Shown here in pieces: positions 38,270 to 49,098 of a stretch of 64,000 nt of DNA. A program made the translations under genes and the position numbers. The notes below the pieces were generated by a model. It ran no database searches and was not told where the DNA came from. It saw only the letters and a list, made by a program, of their open reading frames with translations. Every line of letters starts with the position of its first letter. Position 1 is the stretch's first letter. Where the stretch lies: assembly GCA_030704615.1 (NCBI GenBank), contig CM060731.1, forward strand, positions 14,632,001 to 14,696,000, given 5' to 3'. Source of the stretch: Takakia lepidozioides. Its lineage: Eukaryota > Plantae > Bryophyta.

Positions 38270-39055
38270 GAGCGACCGCCAAGGTGGCGGTCGCTTCTAC
38301 TAAGTGTGACCTGCGCATGGAGCGAGGAGTGAGGCTGGGGGAGGGGGGCATATAAGCTCCGAGACATTCTCCCCTCACTTCGCTTGAAGTTTTTTTTTTT
38401 TTGGCAAAATAGAGCGACCGCCATGGTGGCGATCGCTTCTACGAGGTCTGCCCTGCGCGTGGAGTGAGGAATGGAGGGGGGGGGGGGGGGGGGGGGGGGC
38501 ATATAAGCCCCCAGTCATTCTCCCCTCACTTCCATTACTGGCAGTTTTTGTTTTTACAAAATGCAGCGACCGCCATTACTGGCGGTCGCTTTTCTTTTTT
38601 TATTTTTGGAAATGGGGCCGTCGCCATTACTGGCGGTCGTTATTTTATTTTATTTTAGGAAATGGGGCGACCGCCATTATTGGCGGTCGCTTTTATTTTA
38701 ATTATTTTAGAAATGAAGCGACCGCCTATGTTGGCGGTCGCTTATTTATTTTAAATTTTTTGAAAATGAAGCGACTGCCTATGTTGGCGGTCGCTTATTT
38801 ATTTTAAATGTTTTGAAAATGAAGCGACCACCTATGCTGGCGGTCGCTTATTTATTTTATTTTATTTTTTAATGAAGCGACCGCCTATGTTGGCGGTCGT
38901 TTTTGTTTTTAAGTTTTTGAAAATGAAGCGACCGCCTATGTTGGCGGGAGCGGTCGCTTATTTATTTTAAATGTTTTGAAAATGAAGCGACCGCCTATGC
39001 TGGCGGTCGCTTATTTTTTTTTAATTTTTTTTAATGAAGCGACCGCCTATGCTGG
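38270..39055. repeat. Second GCGACCGCC palindrome array
   Basis: AATGAAGCGACCGCCTATG(T/C)TGGCGGTCGCTTATTT units of ~55 bp, preceded by two ~140-bp G-tract units. Confidence 0.9.
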
Positions 39056-39837
39056 ATAACTCAACTTTGGAGTGCAAATGAGAGAACAAAATCTGGTTAT
39101 GGGTCCAAATGACTTTTTTTTTACTCCCAAATTTTGCACGCACATTGCATATGCTATCATTAAGCATATGGCTTGAAAATGGAATAAAAAAAAAATCATC
39201 TGCAGGCGAAACAGAATTTTCCGTCTCTATGACACGTAGCTGCGTTCAACACTATAATGACCGATTGAATCAACTTGGTTCAAGCTCATATCTGGTCCAC
39301 ATGTGCATAAGTATGTTTAGATCACATATGCAAAGTTGCAACCCACACAAGCAACAAGAATTTTTTTTACATCAATCGATGAATCGGATGTATACAAAGT
39401 ACATCATGAGAATATCTACAATGCCATCCCTGTCTCAAAGGAACCCTATTCTCCAAAGGAGCAGGACCGAACGACACCTTTTTGTGCTTCCCTTGCTTTC
39501 CTTCTCACCGTTGTTCCATTCTCCCACCTGCCCAACAGCAGCACTCTCGAAGCAATAGCATGACATATGTTCGCACATGATCTTCTTCACCAGTGAATGA
39601 GCTTTTATGCTACATGTACTGCCCCGTCCACATTAACGTTGATCCCTGCAAGCACTTGGCAAGACACCCCAGAGCCGCAAATCCAGCAACCACCACAAAC
39701 ACATCTAACTGATTGTAGTGACACGTGAATAGCTCACTTGTAGAGGAATTGAACCTCCAGCCAAATGAATGGCTCTGCCCCTTGTAGCACAAGTGCGATG
39801 CAAAAACAAGGTGAGTACAAAATGAAGAAGCACTTAC

Positions 39838-40299
39838 GAGGTCCCCATCCCTGGGATGGGCTCCCACTTCTGCTCTGGAACTGTGCAGGCCTGAGTAGCA
39901 CCAAATTGCATGAATCCTAAGCCTGAATGTCAAATGCAGGTTTATGTCGCGATGTAGCACGCCATCATCTTACCTGTAGTTTCCAGTTTCACTGGTGTCA
40001 CATTTGCCTTCAAGTCAACATCAAAATTAAGTCCACCTATGCGCAAATCGCAGAATCTCTCATGACACCATCTGCGTACCGAAAAACTGGTTTGGCATGA
40101 TATAATTGTAGTTCACAACCTTAATGAACGCTTTCAGCCTTTACCTCTCCGTGCGCTCCATCGTGCCTCCATCCAGCACATTCTGTAAATGTTGAATGAC
40201 CAAAAACCCGATGTCACACAGTTCTGAGAAGCCACTACGCGCGCTCACAGTATACGAAGGCCTTGCCGTGTCAGGATTTGCATTCCCACGTCCCGCCAT
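39838..40299 (-). other. Candidate small spliced ORF or captured gene fragment, unknown family
   Basis: Four phase-compatible GT-AG exons (40299-40256, 40182-40145, 40036-39974, 39880-39838) separated by introns of 73, 108 and 93 nt. Confidence 0.4.
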
Positions 40300-40689
40300 G
40301 TCCGACGCAGCACTTGCATCCTTGCCAGACAGGCCAGGTGGAGGCAGCATGTATTAAAATATTTATTCCCGCAAGGCCACATTTTGTTTACCTCTTTTTG
40401 TGAAAGCCACGTCAGCAAATGTGCTGCCGAGTCATGGGTGCAATGAATGCGCAGTGGTTCATGGAGTCGTTGAGTCAACTACATATTCACTTTAATGAAT
40501 AAATATCTTTATTCCATTAATCGAATTAGGAATGAAAATTTGTAGTCGCATGTGCAGTAATTACAACCACTTGCAATTTTGGCTTTTTCAAATTTTGTTT
40601 GTTTCGACTCTCCAATAGTCCCGTTTACTACCAAGTGGTTCCCGGAGTGGTCGCGGACATGCAGTCGATTCGAAAAAGACACGAATGCT

Positions 40690-40935
40690 TCTAGTGATAC
40701 CATGTCCATGCTGTGCATACCTTGCAAGCATCACGTTCCACGACACCACAAAATGTTCAGCCATAGTGTTGAAAACTCCCTTCGCATCCTTAATGCACCC
40801 ACATTTGGCATACATGTCCACCAGGGCAGTGTTCAGAATGACATCTCGTACAATTCCAGCTTTGACGATGTCACCATGGACCTCTTTCCCCTTTTCCATT
40901 CCCATGCTTGCACACACATTGCAAACACAAACAAA
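40690..40935 (-). pseudogene. PLS-class pentatricopeptide repeat gene fragment
   Basis: GKEVHGDIVKAGIVRDVILNTALVDMYAKCGCIKDAKGVFNTM...VVSWNVMLARYAQHGHG. Confidence 0.85.
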
Positions 40936-41335
40936 TGTGATGTGACAAGCATGGTCTTAGACTTCAGCAGAACACGAGTAATAGGCAGTTGTGGTAATTC
41001 ACTGTCCCGTGTCACAAAGGGTATATCTGACATGGACGCTGAAATATAACAACTTGCACAAGCAGGCTCAAGAATTAGAAAACCACTTATAGGGCAGTGC
41101 AGACACACTTTGTAGAGCTGCCTGGCTATGTGATAGTTATGATACGCATCACTCTAGAGTCAATTGGCACTAAACATATATGTATCTGAAAGCCTGATGA
41201 CCATCATAAAACCTCCATTGCCTCTGCAACAAAATGTAACATTTTCTAGATAGATGTAAGGCCCTAGAGTAAGTGAGCGCTCAGGTGGGGGGCACAAGAT
41301 GATAATAGTTTATAAGAAAAGAACTACAAGATTAC

Positions 41336-43258
41336 CTTTTCAGGAGGGGAATGACATTTATGATGTACCACTCAGGAGAAGCCTGCACAGGGGCATGCTT
41401 GACACGTGTAGCACGAAACCCAGTGCCATAGTATTCACGAGTGCTCCATTCAAACTCGTGAGGCAGCTCGGTGACAATGTAAATATCATGGGCCAGGGAA
41501 TGTGTGAAATGTTCCACATCAAATATGTCTGCAAAAGAGCTGCACCACCATCAGTCACTTTCTCTCTATCCTTTATAAGACCGTCTTCATTTCGCTCTGA
41601 AGAGCGGGGTTGCGCTAGAGTGAAAGGTTTCCACCAGCAAACAAGGACCATGAAGAACTTTTCTTTAACCATTGAATCTTTTTATTAACTGGACAACAAA
41701 CACTGACCAGTTGAAGTTAGAAAGAAAGTTCCATGCAATGCACACTCTCTCATTCAAAAAGCACACACTGTGGACTGATGTTGAGACAAGAGCCTGCCAA
41801 CAGCCTAGCAAGTTGTGAGCTACACACCTAGACTCCTGCCACACTGAGTTCACATCAAACTGTGGGAGTAGAAGGCTTGCATTCAAAATCTTTGCAAGAG
41901 CTACTGCATCACAAATCTGTAGCACGCCAACACAGGGATGGTTGTCATCTAATTCCGACCACTCCTCATTGCAAAAATTCAGTGCCTTAAACTATGAGAC
42001 TTCATCTGCTCCGAACAACAGCTCTGATGAAATGTAGAACATTCATTCACATAGAACCATGGTAAGATGCTTTATTCACTGAAGTGATGTAGATGGCAAA
42101 GACGGATAACAAAAGATCTCACCCCCATACGCTGTTGATTGAGGCCACCTTCCAGGAAGACTTGCAAGTAACCATTTACCTCCACCGGCAGAGCTACACC
42201 AATGAAAGACAATTTACTTCCAGAATGCCAAAATAGGCATATTTCCAAGGAACAAAGCCATCTCTAAATTTCAGGAACTAGGTCCTAAGTCTCAAGTAGC
42301 ATAGTCGCAAGATCACACCCTTCCACATACCAATGTAATTTGTAAGGTGCTCCATTTGTGGAGAAAAACAGCTCTAAGCAGTGAAAGTTATACGCAAGGT
42401 CAAGACTTACAAGTTTGATCAATCTTATGAGTGCAAGACTCCCACCCTCCATGATCAGACGAGTCCCACAAGTGTTCAGGCACTTTTACATTTTGCAACA
42501 ACAAGAAGGTCAGAGAGTGAGACACTATATGTAAAGAGAAATCAATCTGGTGCATAAAAGCCTAAGAGGAATGAATGATAAGAAAAGCTAACCATGGATC
42601 TAAACACAGTGAAAGTTCTAGAGAGATACCCATCGGTTGGACATCACTGTCGCTTTTACATGTGCAAAGAGTTGCAAATAACAAGATCAAGATATGTGGG
42701 GTGGCACCATCAGCAAAGATGGACGCTTTCAGGCATTTCACGCATTGGTGCAAAGTTCAAAAAGTCTCATCTCACAATATCATCTAAAGGAACTGGTGCA
42801 GCTTGCAGTTTCTGGCAGCAATCAGATGTTATTTATGCTTACACACCTACACATCTCAGCTACAATTAGAGCCCAAAAATTTGAGAACCAAGGATGTCTC
42901 ATCCAAACAAAGACACTTATAGGCCACGTCTTGGCACGAGAATCCATAAGAGCAACATGCCTAGCTTTTGGAGACTCCCATTCCTGAAAATCAACCACAA
43001 GGCCTCAACCTAGGGAAAAGAGGAAAAAACGGGGTGAAATGTGTTGACATCGTACATTGAGAAAAAGGCAAACCTTGCTATTGCGGTTCTCCCACCATCG
43101 TGAAGGATCTTTAAAAAACTCATGCCAGTTCTGCTCCGTGCTCCAAGGTAGAGGTTTGTGATCGAAAATCCGACAGTATCAACATGTTGACATGGTCTTT
43201 TACTGAGGGGTGCTAGTGAGCTTTCAACAACATTCCTGCAAGTTGTTTTGGGCTCCAT
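41336..43258 (-). pseudogene. O-fucosyltransferase family (plant GT106/OFUT) 5' fragment
   Basis: Exons ~42493-42411 (PEHLWDSSDHGGWESC), 42193-42123 (NGYLQVFLEGGLNQQRMG), 41916-41828 (ICDAVALAKILNASLLLPQFDVNSVWQES), 41539-41336 (SFADIFDVEHF...REYYGTG...HAPVQAS). Downstream catalytic exons not found. One acceptor reads CAA instead of CAG. Confidence 0.8.
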
Positions 43259-43429
43259 TGGGCTCTACACAATGAGGAACAACGAACTCCGAACTCTGCT
43301 CAAGAAATAACGTAATGTCCTGTAAAAAACTCATCCCAGCTTTGCTCCGCCGAGCAATCCAGGGCCGAGTCTGATGAGAGGGGAAAACAGGCTTAAACAG
43401 GTCGAAGAAGAATCAGGCTCACACACGCA

Positions 43430-43925
43430 TTGCATCTACAAACGAACGTGACCAAGTCTGCCTTTACCCCTTCCCGCATCATTTGCTTATAGGTCTCCAA
43501 TGCCTCCATCCCGCATCCCTGCTGTGCATATCCCACGATCATCGCACTCTAGGACACGACATTTCGTTCAGCCATATTCTCAAACACTCCCTTTGTATCC
43601 TCAATACTGCCACATTGTCCACGAGGGTATTGTTCATAATGACATCAGGTACAATCCCAAATTTGACAATGGCACCATGGACCTTTTACCCTTTCCTAGG
43701 GCTGCCAGGCTCGCACAAGCATTGCAAACACAAATGAATGTGACCCCGGTCCGGCTTCACCCCTTCCCGAATTATTTGCTCATACGTCTCCGAAGCCTCT
43801 ATACCACCTCACGTTGTGCATATCCTCGGTGTGCCTATGCTCCTTCCTGCATCATTTGCTCAAGAATAGGTCTGCAAAGCCTCCATCCCATGCCCATGCG
43901 ATCATCGCGTTCCATGCTCTAGGCT
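43430..43925 (-). pseudogene. Degenerate PLS-class PPR fragment
   Basis: Frameshifted minus-strand pieces such as VTFICVCNACAS..LGKGKRSMV and CGSIEDTKGVFENMAERNVVS*SAMIVGYAQQGCG. Confidence 0.75.
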
Positions 43926-44574
43926 CGTGGATACCAAGAAAACATATGGTGTGGCGGGAGACAAAAAGAAAAAGCCCAAAAGGAGGCCAAGTCCCAGCCC
44001 TCTGTTCACGGCTACCCTAATGGACAACCCTATAAGCAACTTTTTGAATTTTTTTAACATTTTGCACTTTGATCATGGATGAATGAACACATTCGTGTAT
44101 GTGCCTTCAAAATGACACGTGTAGTGATGCAGTCGTATAATTAGAGCTGTGAAACCATATTCAGTGATGAAGTCATGCGATTCTAGGAATACACCACTTC
44201 CGCCGAGATCACACATTTCGGGCCATACAAATGCCAGGAAGCTTGGAGAACCTGTCTTGTGGCTGCCATGAATTAAATCAATCAAGCATCAACGTGGGGA
44301 GTGACAGCTGAGGGGCCGCATTCGAATCGACAGGTCTACCATGTGCATGCAAACTGGACGCAAAAAGCACGAAAGCATGATCATCGCGATCTCCCTACGG
44401 CCATATATGAGTATGTGTCACATCCTGTCATGTCAAGCCGTCCATCATCATGGGTGATTGCAGCACATGGATCATGTTACATCCCATCCATCCGAGTCAT
44501 GTGCTAATGCCGTGCGCGATATTGGGTTGTGGTGACAGGTGTCATGTGCCACAGAGTTCATGTGGTGTGGTGAC

Positions 44575-44720
44575 GGCCGGGGGGCGGGGGCGGGGGCGGG
44601 CGGGCAGGGGGATGGGGGGCACGGGGGGTGGCGCGGGGGGGGGGGGGGGGCGAGGGGGCGCAGCGACCGTGAGCCGCGCAGGAGCCGGCCGAGGGGGTGC
44701 GGCTGGGGTGCCACGCAGGC
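44575..44720 (+). repeat. G-rich low-complexity tract (G-quadruplex-prone)
   Basis: Multiple runs of 3 or more G, including one of about 16. Confidence 0.8.
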
Positions 44721-45117
44721 ATGACCGGAGGGGTCGCATTAAACTCCCGGGCCTTTTCTAATGTGCGCCATTGTGAAGGGTGGGGCGCCCCCCCCCACCC
44801 GTCCCACTCAGTCTGCTCGGCTGAGCGTGCGGGGGCAAGCAAGTCTGCTGGGGCCACAAAACACATCATAAAACATTAATTATTTCGACAGTTTGTAGAA
44901 AACAGTGGGTAGTGTGGTGGTAAAGAGCAACATATAATAGTCATGAGGTTTGGTGTTCAATTCATGGTAGGTGATACTGTGGCAGTAATGAGTGTTAATA
45001 ATAAATATATACTTTGTCTGAGGAGGGTCTGCCAATCCGCTTGAAGGTTGGAGCCAGTCAGCTCGAAGGTTGGAGTCAATCTGTTGGAGGGTCTGCCCAG
45101 TCCGCTAGAAGGTCCGC

Positions 45118-45229
45118 CGCAGTAGAAGAACAAGGATTTAGAAAAATTTCAGAATCCAGACCCGGTGAATAGGCGCAGTAGAAGAACAAGGACTTAGAAA
45201 AATTTCAGAATCCAGACCCGGTGGATAGG
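45118..45229 (+). repeat. 56-bp tandem duplication, preceded by short GAAGGTTGGAG/GGAGGGTCTGCC repeats
   Basis: CGCAGTAGAAGAACAAGGA(T/C)TTAGAAAAATTTCAGAATCCAGACCCGGTG(A/G)ATAGG occurs twice. Confidence 0.9.
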
Positions 45230-47184
45230 CGGTGGGTTTATCTGCTCACGCCATGGCCGGCACTGGCGGGGCCCATAGGTGCATTGAAGACGCTGTTATT
45301 AAAAAATGAGAGCCATTTTTGTGTTGTTAGAATGGGATTTTGAGCACAATGAATGCGAAATGGCATGGGAATGACGAAGTATAAGTCAATTTGAAGATTT
45401 TATTGAGCGGAAGGAAAAAATTAAGTACTGGATGCAAAATTGTAGAAATTTGGTTCCAATATTAGAAGGATTATTAATGGATTAGAATTCTAATATTTGA
45501 TACAAATTGAGTGGATGGATGGATGATAATATGAAGAGGAAGGATTAGATGAGCATATTTAAGATTGGATGAAGATTATTAATATTGGATGATAATATTT
45601 TGGAATGTTGGGTAGTTGTAGGGTTCATAGGATTAGAGTTGACAAATAGTTATAACCCAAAAGTATATAAGGGATGGATATTGATGATGAATTTGTCATT
45701 GAGTGTTGTGGCCTAATATTGGAGTTGGTCCATTGAGTGTGAGAGCCTTGGCCAGTGGATTTGGTATACAAAATAGGAATGCTGATGCGATGAGACATGG
45801 ACCTGAGAGTGAAAGGGTCTGTAAACTTTATGTTGTGATGAGATATTTGAGTTTGCAAAATATAAGAAACAGACAATTATGGGGAAATATTATTTATGAA
45901 GGAGGAGAGAATATTATTTGATTAAGTGTATCAAAGTGTGAGACGAACTTAACGTGTATGGAAAATTCTATTAAGAGATAAGTAAGTGGGTTCTTTGGGG
46001 TGTTGAAACTTGAAACATGGAAAGGTTGCGGCAGAAGTGTCAGAAGAATATTATTAAGTATACATATGCTGTTCTAATTGTGACATAGCCTGGATGTAGA
46101 CTTCAATTGTGGGCTTTCCCTGAGTTCAAACGTTCAAACCTGATAGACTAGTTTTGCTTCCAATTTATTGCAGTCAAGTAAAACCAAACTACACCAACTT
46201 TGGCTCTCATGCTTATGTACTCTGTTGGAGACATTCTAAAAACTACTCAAATAACAGTTGGTAGACCCGGCCACCTAGTGTCCTTGTGTGGGGCCCACAC
46301 GGACCTTGTGGGCCCATTGAAGACCCTCATTTGAGACCCACTTTGTTTTTCAAACATATCTTCAAAGAAGTAACTTGTAAGTTACTTTAAAAGAAAAGAA
46401 TTGAAAAAAAGGGAGAGAGGCCCTGTTACTCAAAAAAAATAAATTAATGTTCTTAAACTCAAATTAAAGTAGTGAGGATAAGTTACTCATTTGTTGAAAG
46501 TTACACCATGTATCAAATTTATTTTGAGCCTACTTATCACCGTGGTTTGAATATCTTAAGTTATCCCCTTCTCTGACAGTCTTCGATTTCTTCTCATCAA
46601 TCTATTGAAATTCGAATGAAGACTCTCTACATCTCCTGATCAACCTTCATGTCACATTGTACTAATCAGAATTTTGTTCAAGAAGCTTCACATACATTCG
46701 AGTTTTTTTCTTGTTTAAATTCCTCCATAGCCATAGTACATAGTAGACAACCTAGAAATAAAAAATCGACTGCAGGAAACAAAGCATACATGAGCTTGAG
46801 GATACATATATGAGTTCCTTGGATTGATTGGATGGAAACAACAGAAGGATGCATGTTTCTTGAAGTGCAATATTGATTAAGATTAGACGATTAGACATCT
46901 ATGCATGATAGACATAAAATCTTCCTGCTCTTGAGAGTGGCCCTGCTGAGGCATTCCACTGGGTTTGCCACATGTATAGTTTGGCTCACCCACCATTCTG
47001 CTGGGAAGCCATCTGTACACTTCTGCTGAGACCGGTAGGGTGAACCAAATTGTACATCGTACAACGTTACGAATGTTACGGTACAACGTTAACTTCCCAA
47101 GCGTTCAATAAACGTCCCCAAATGAAGGTCCTAATGTTATCGTTAAACGAAGCCCGTAACATTAATTTTGTCAATGAAGGTCGT

Positions 47185-47324
47185 AACCAGGGAAAATACT
47201 GGAATCCCTTTAAGCAGTGGGAATTCTGGTCCGTAAAGCACATTTACGTCCTTTAAGTGTCGTTTGGGGACTTTACTTACCAGAATTCCCACTGCCTGTA
47301 GGGATTCCAGTATTTTCCCTGGTT
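47185..47324. repeat. Inverted repeat / hairpin with 46-bp arms
   Basis: 47185-47230 versus the reverse complement of 47279-47324: 43 of 46 positions match. Confidence 0.9.
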
Positions 47325-49098
47325 GAGGGTGACTGGGACCAGACAACTAAGTAACAGCCAAGGTTAGTTTTACAAAACGTAAAATTGTGGGGCTAGGACA
47401 TTACCTCTCACCGACCACGGCAACCGGGCCCATTTCCTAGTCACAAACGGTGTGAGAAATGTTCTTGCAATGAAACCGTGGCTGTTGATACTTTGACACC
47501 CCTCCACTATACCCTATACTTCACAATCAAGTTGTAGCCTAGTGGATATGGGCATAGACCATCGTGGACGTGGTTGTGGGTTCAATCCACCAATTGGTGT
47601 CATTCCCGCCTGAAGGCACCGGGTCAAGAGCCACGATCATTTGCTTCCTTGCGGCGGCGTCGTACTATTTTTCTTTTTCTTAAACCCAGTGTACTCATGT
47701 TCCCCTCAACGGTTATCTACACCGACACCATCAAATACCCGGCAGGTCCGCATCTAGTTCTGATAACAAGTCGATACTTGATACCCGCCGTTTATACCGT
47801 CCCACCCACATACCTATTTCTATCTGTATGATTAACATGATGTACCCAGGTTCGGTACATCATCCATACCGGGGATTACCTACCGACCTATGCAGGTTGA
47901 TAGTTGTTAGGTACTTGTAGGGTATCCAGGTATGCTGTCCGCATTTGAAGCTGCCACGTTGCAAGGTTGAGAGGAGATTTACCCCAATGTTGACCGAAAA
48001 TAGGGGCAATTATTATGGGGTAATGTTTTGTCCAGTTGGATCCAAATCTTCAGCGAGTAATTGTTGCTGAACCTACAAGAAAATTACATCAATGATACAG
48101 TGAATCTCCATAACACATTTACTTACTACAAGTGGATGGATATCTAGACACCATTTCTTTTAATGGGCCTCTAATTGGCTTTGGTAGAATCCACATGAGT
48201 GCCCATTCCAAGTGTCTATGCCTTTTAGGGAAGAGGGTCTTATTTACACTAACTCCCATTGACATCACATACATATGTGTGCGTGTGATACAAATTTTCT
48301 CAATAAAAGAAGCTTTAAAAAACAGAAAGAAGAAAGAAGCTTTGCGTAAAATTGCATCTTTCTTACATTTTCAGCCTTTTAAGTCAAGTGTTTTCCGATA
48401 TTTTTCCTTGAAAGCCTAAGTTCATATGATAAGAGTTTAGATGTGAAGACCCTAGTTAGTTCCCTCCCTAATGAGCTGTGAAATATTAAGCCTTTGTAAG
48501 AGTGAGTATTTCCGTCGTCCCTAGGATAACTAAGTCCAGAGTTGACTGCCTGCATTGAATATGAAGCAGTCAGGAAGACATACCCCAGTGTACCCAAGGG
48601 AAAAGCCACAAAGCCACGTATAGCTGTTTCTCCACACAGGCCTGCTGTTCTTCTCTGTCTGTTTCTTGTCTTGAGAGCAGAGCCCATGGGTTCAAGCGCC
48701 ACATAATCTCTTCCCCTCTCCGTCCCGCACAAACAGTCTTTGCTCACCATCTTGGTAAACAATCACAATGATTCTATACTTTGCTTTTTCCCTGCCTCAA
48801 TTGGAGCTTCTCTGGCGTGTGGTCTCTCTCACTCTCACCACTTCAAAGATGTTGAGCTGTTGTCAAATGTCGTAGGAAATCTCTTCCTCTCTTTTCAGAC
48901 GCACTTTCATCGTGAATCTCGATCGTACTCTGCTTCTCACCCTCTTTCTCCTTCTTTGTCCGAATTTTAGTTTGTATCTCTTACCCCCGTTGCATCAAGG
49001 TTGCGTATGAGGATCTGGATCTCTGTTCCTAGAAGTTAACTATCTCTCTCTCCTCTCAATTTCTTTCCCTTCAATCATCCAGCTCAATTACGTGGGCA

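Noticed and set aside
44450-44879. Gly-rich and Pro-rich ORFs on both strands
   Set aside because: Artefacts of G-run low complexity.
47680-47940. TACCCG/TACC-rich segment as a hAT MITE
   Set aside because: Subterminal-like motifs are present but no convincing TIR pair or TSD.
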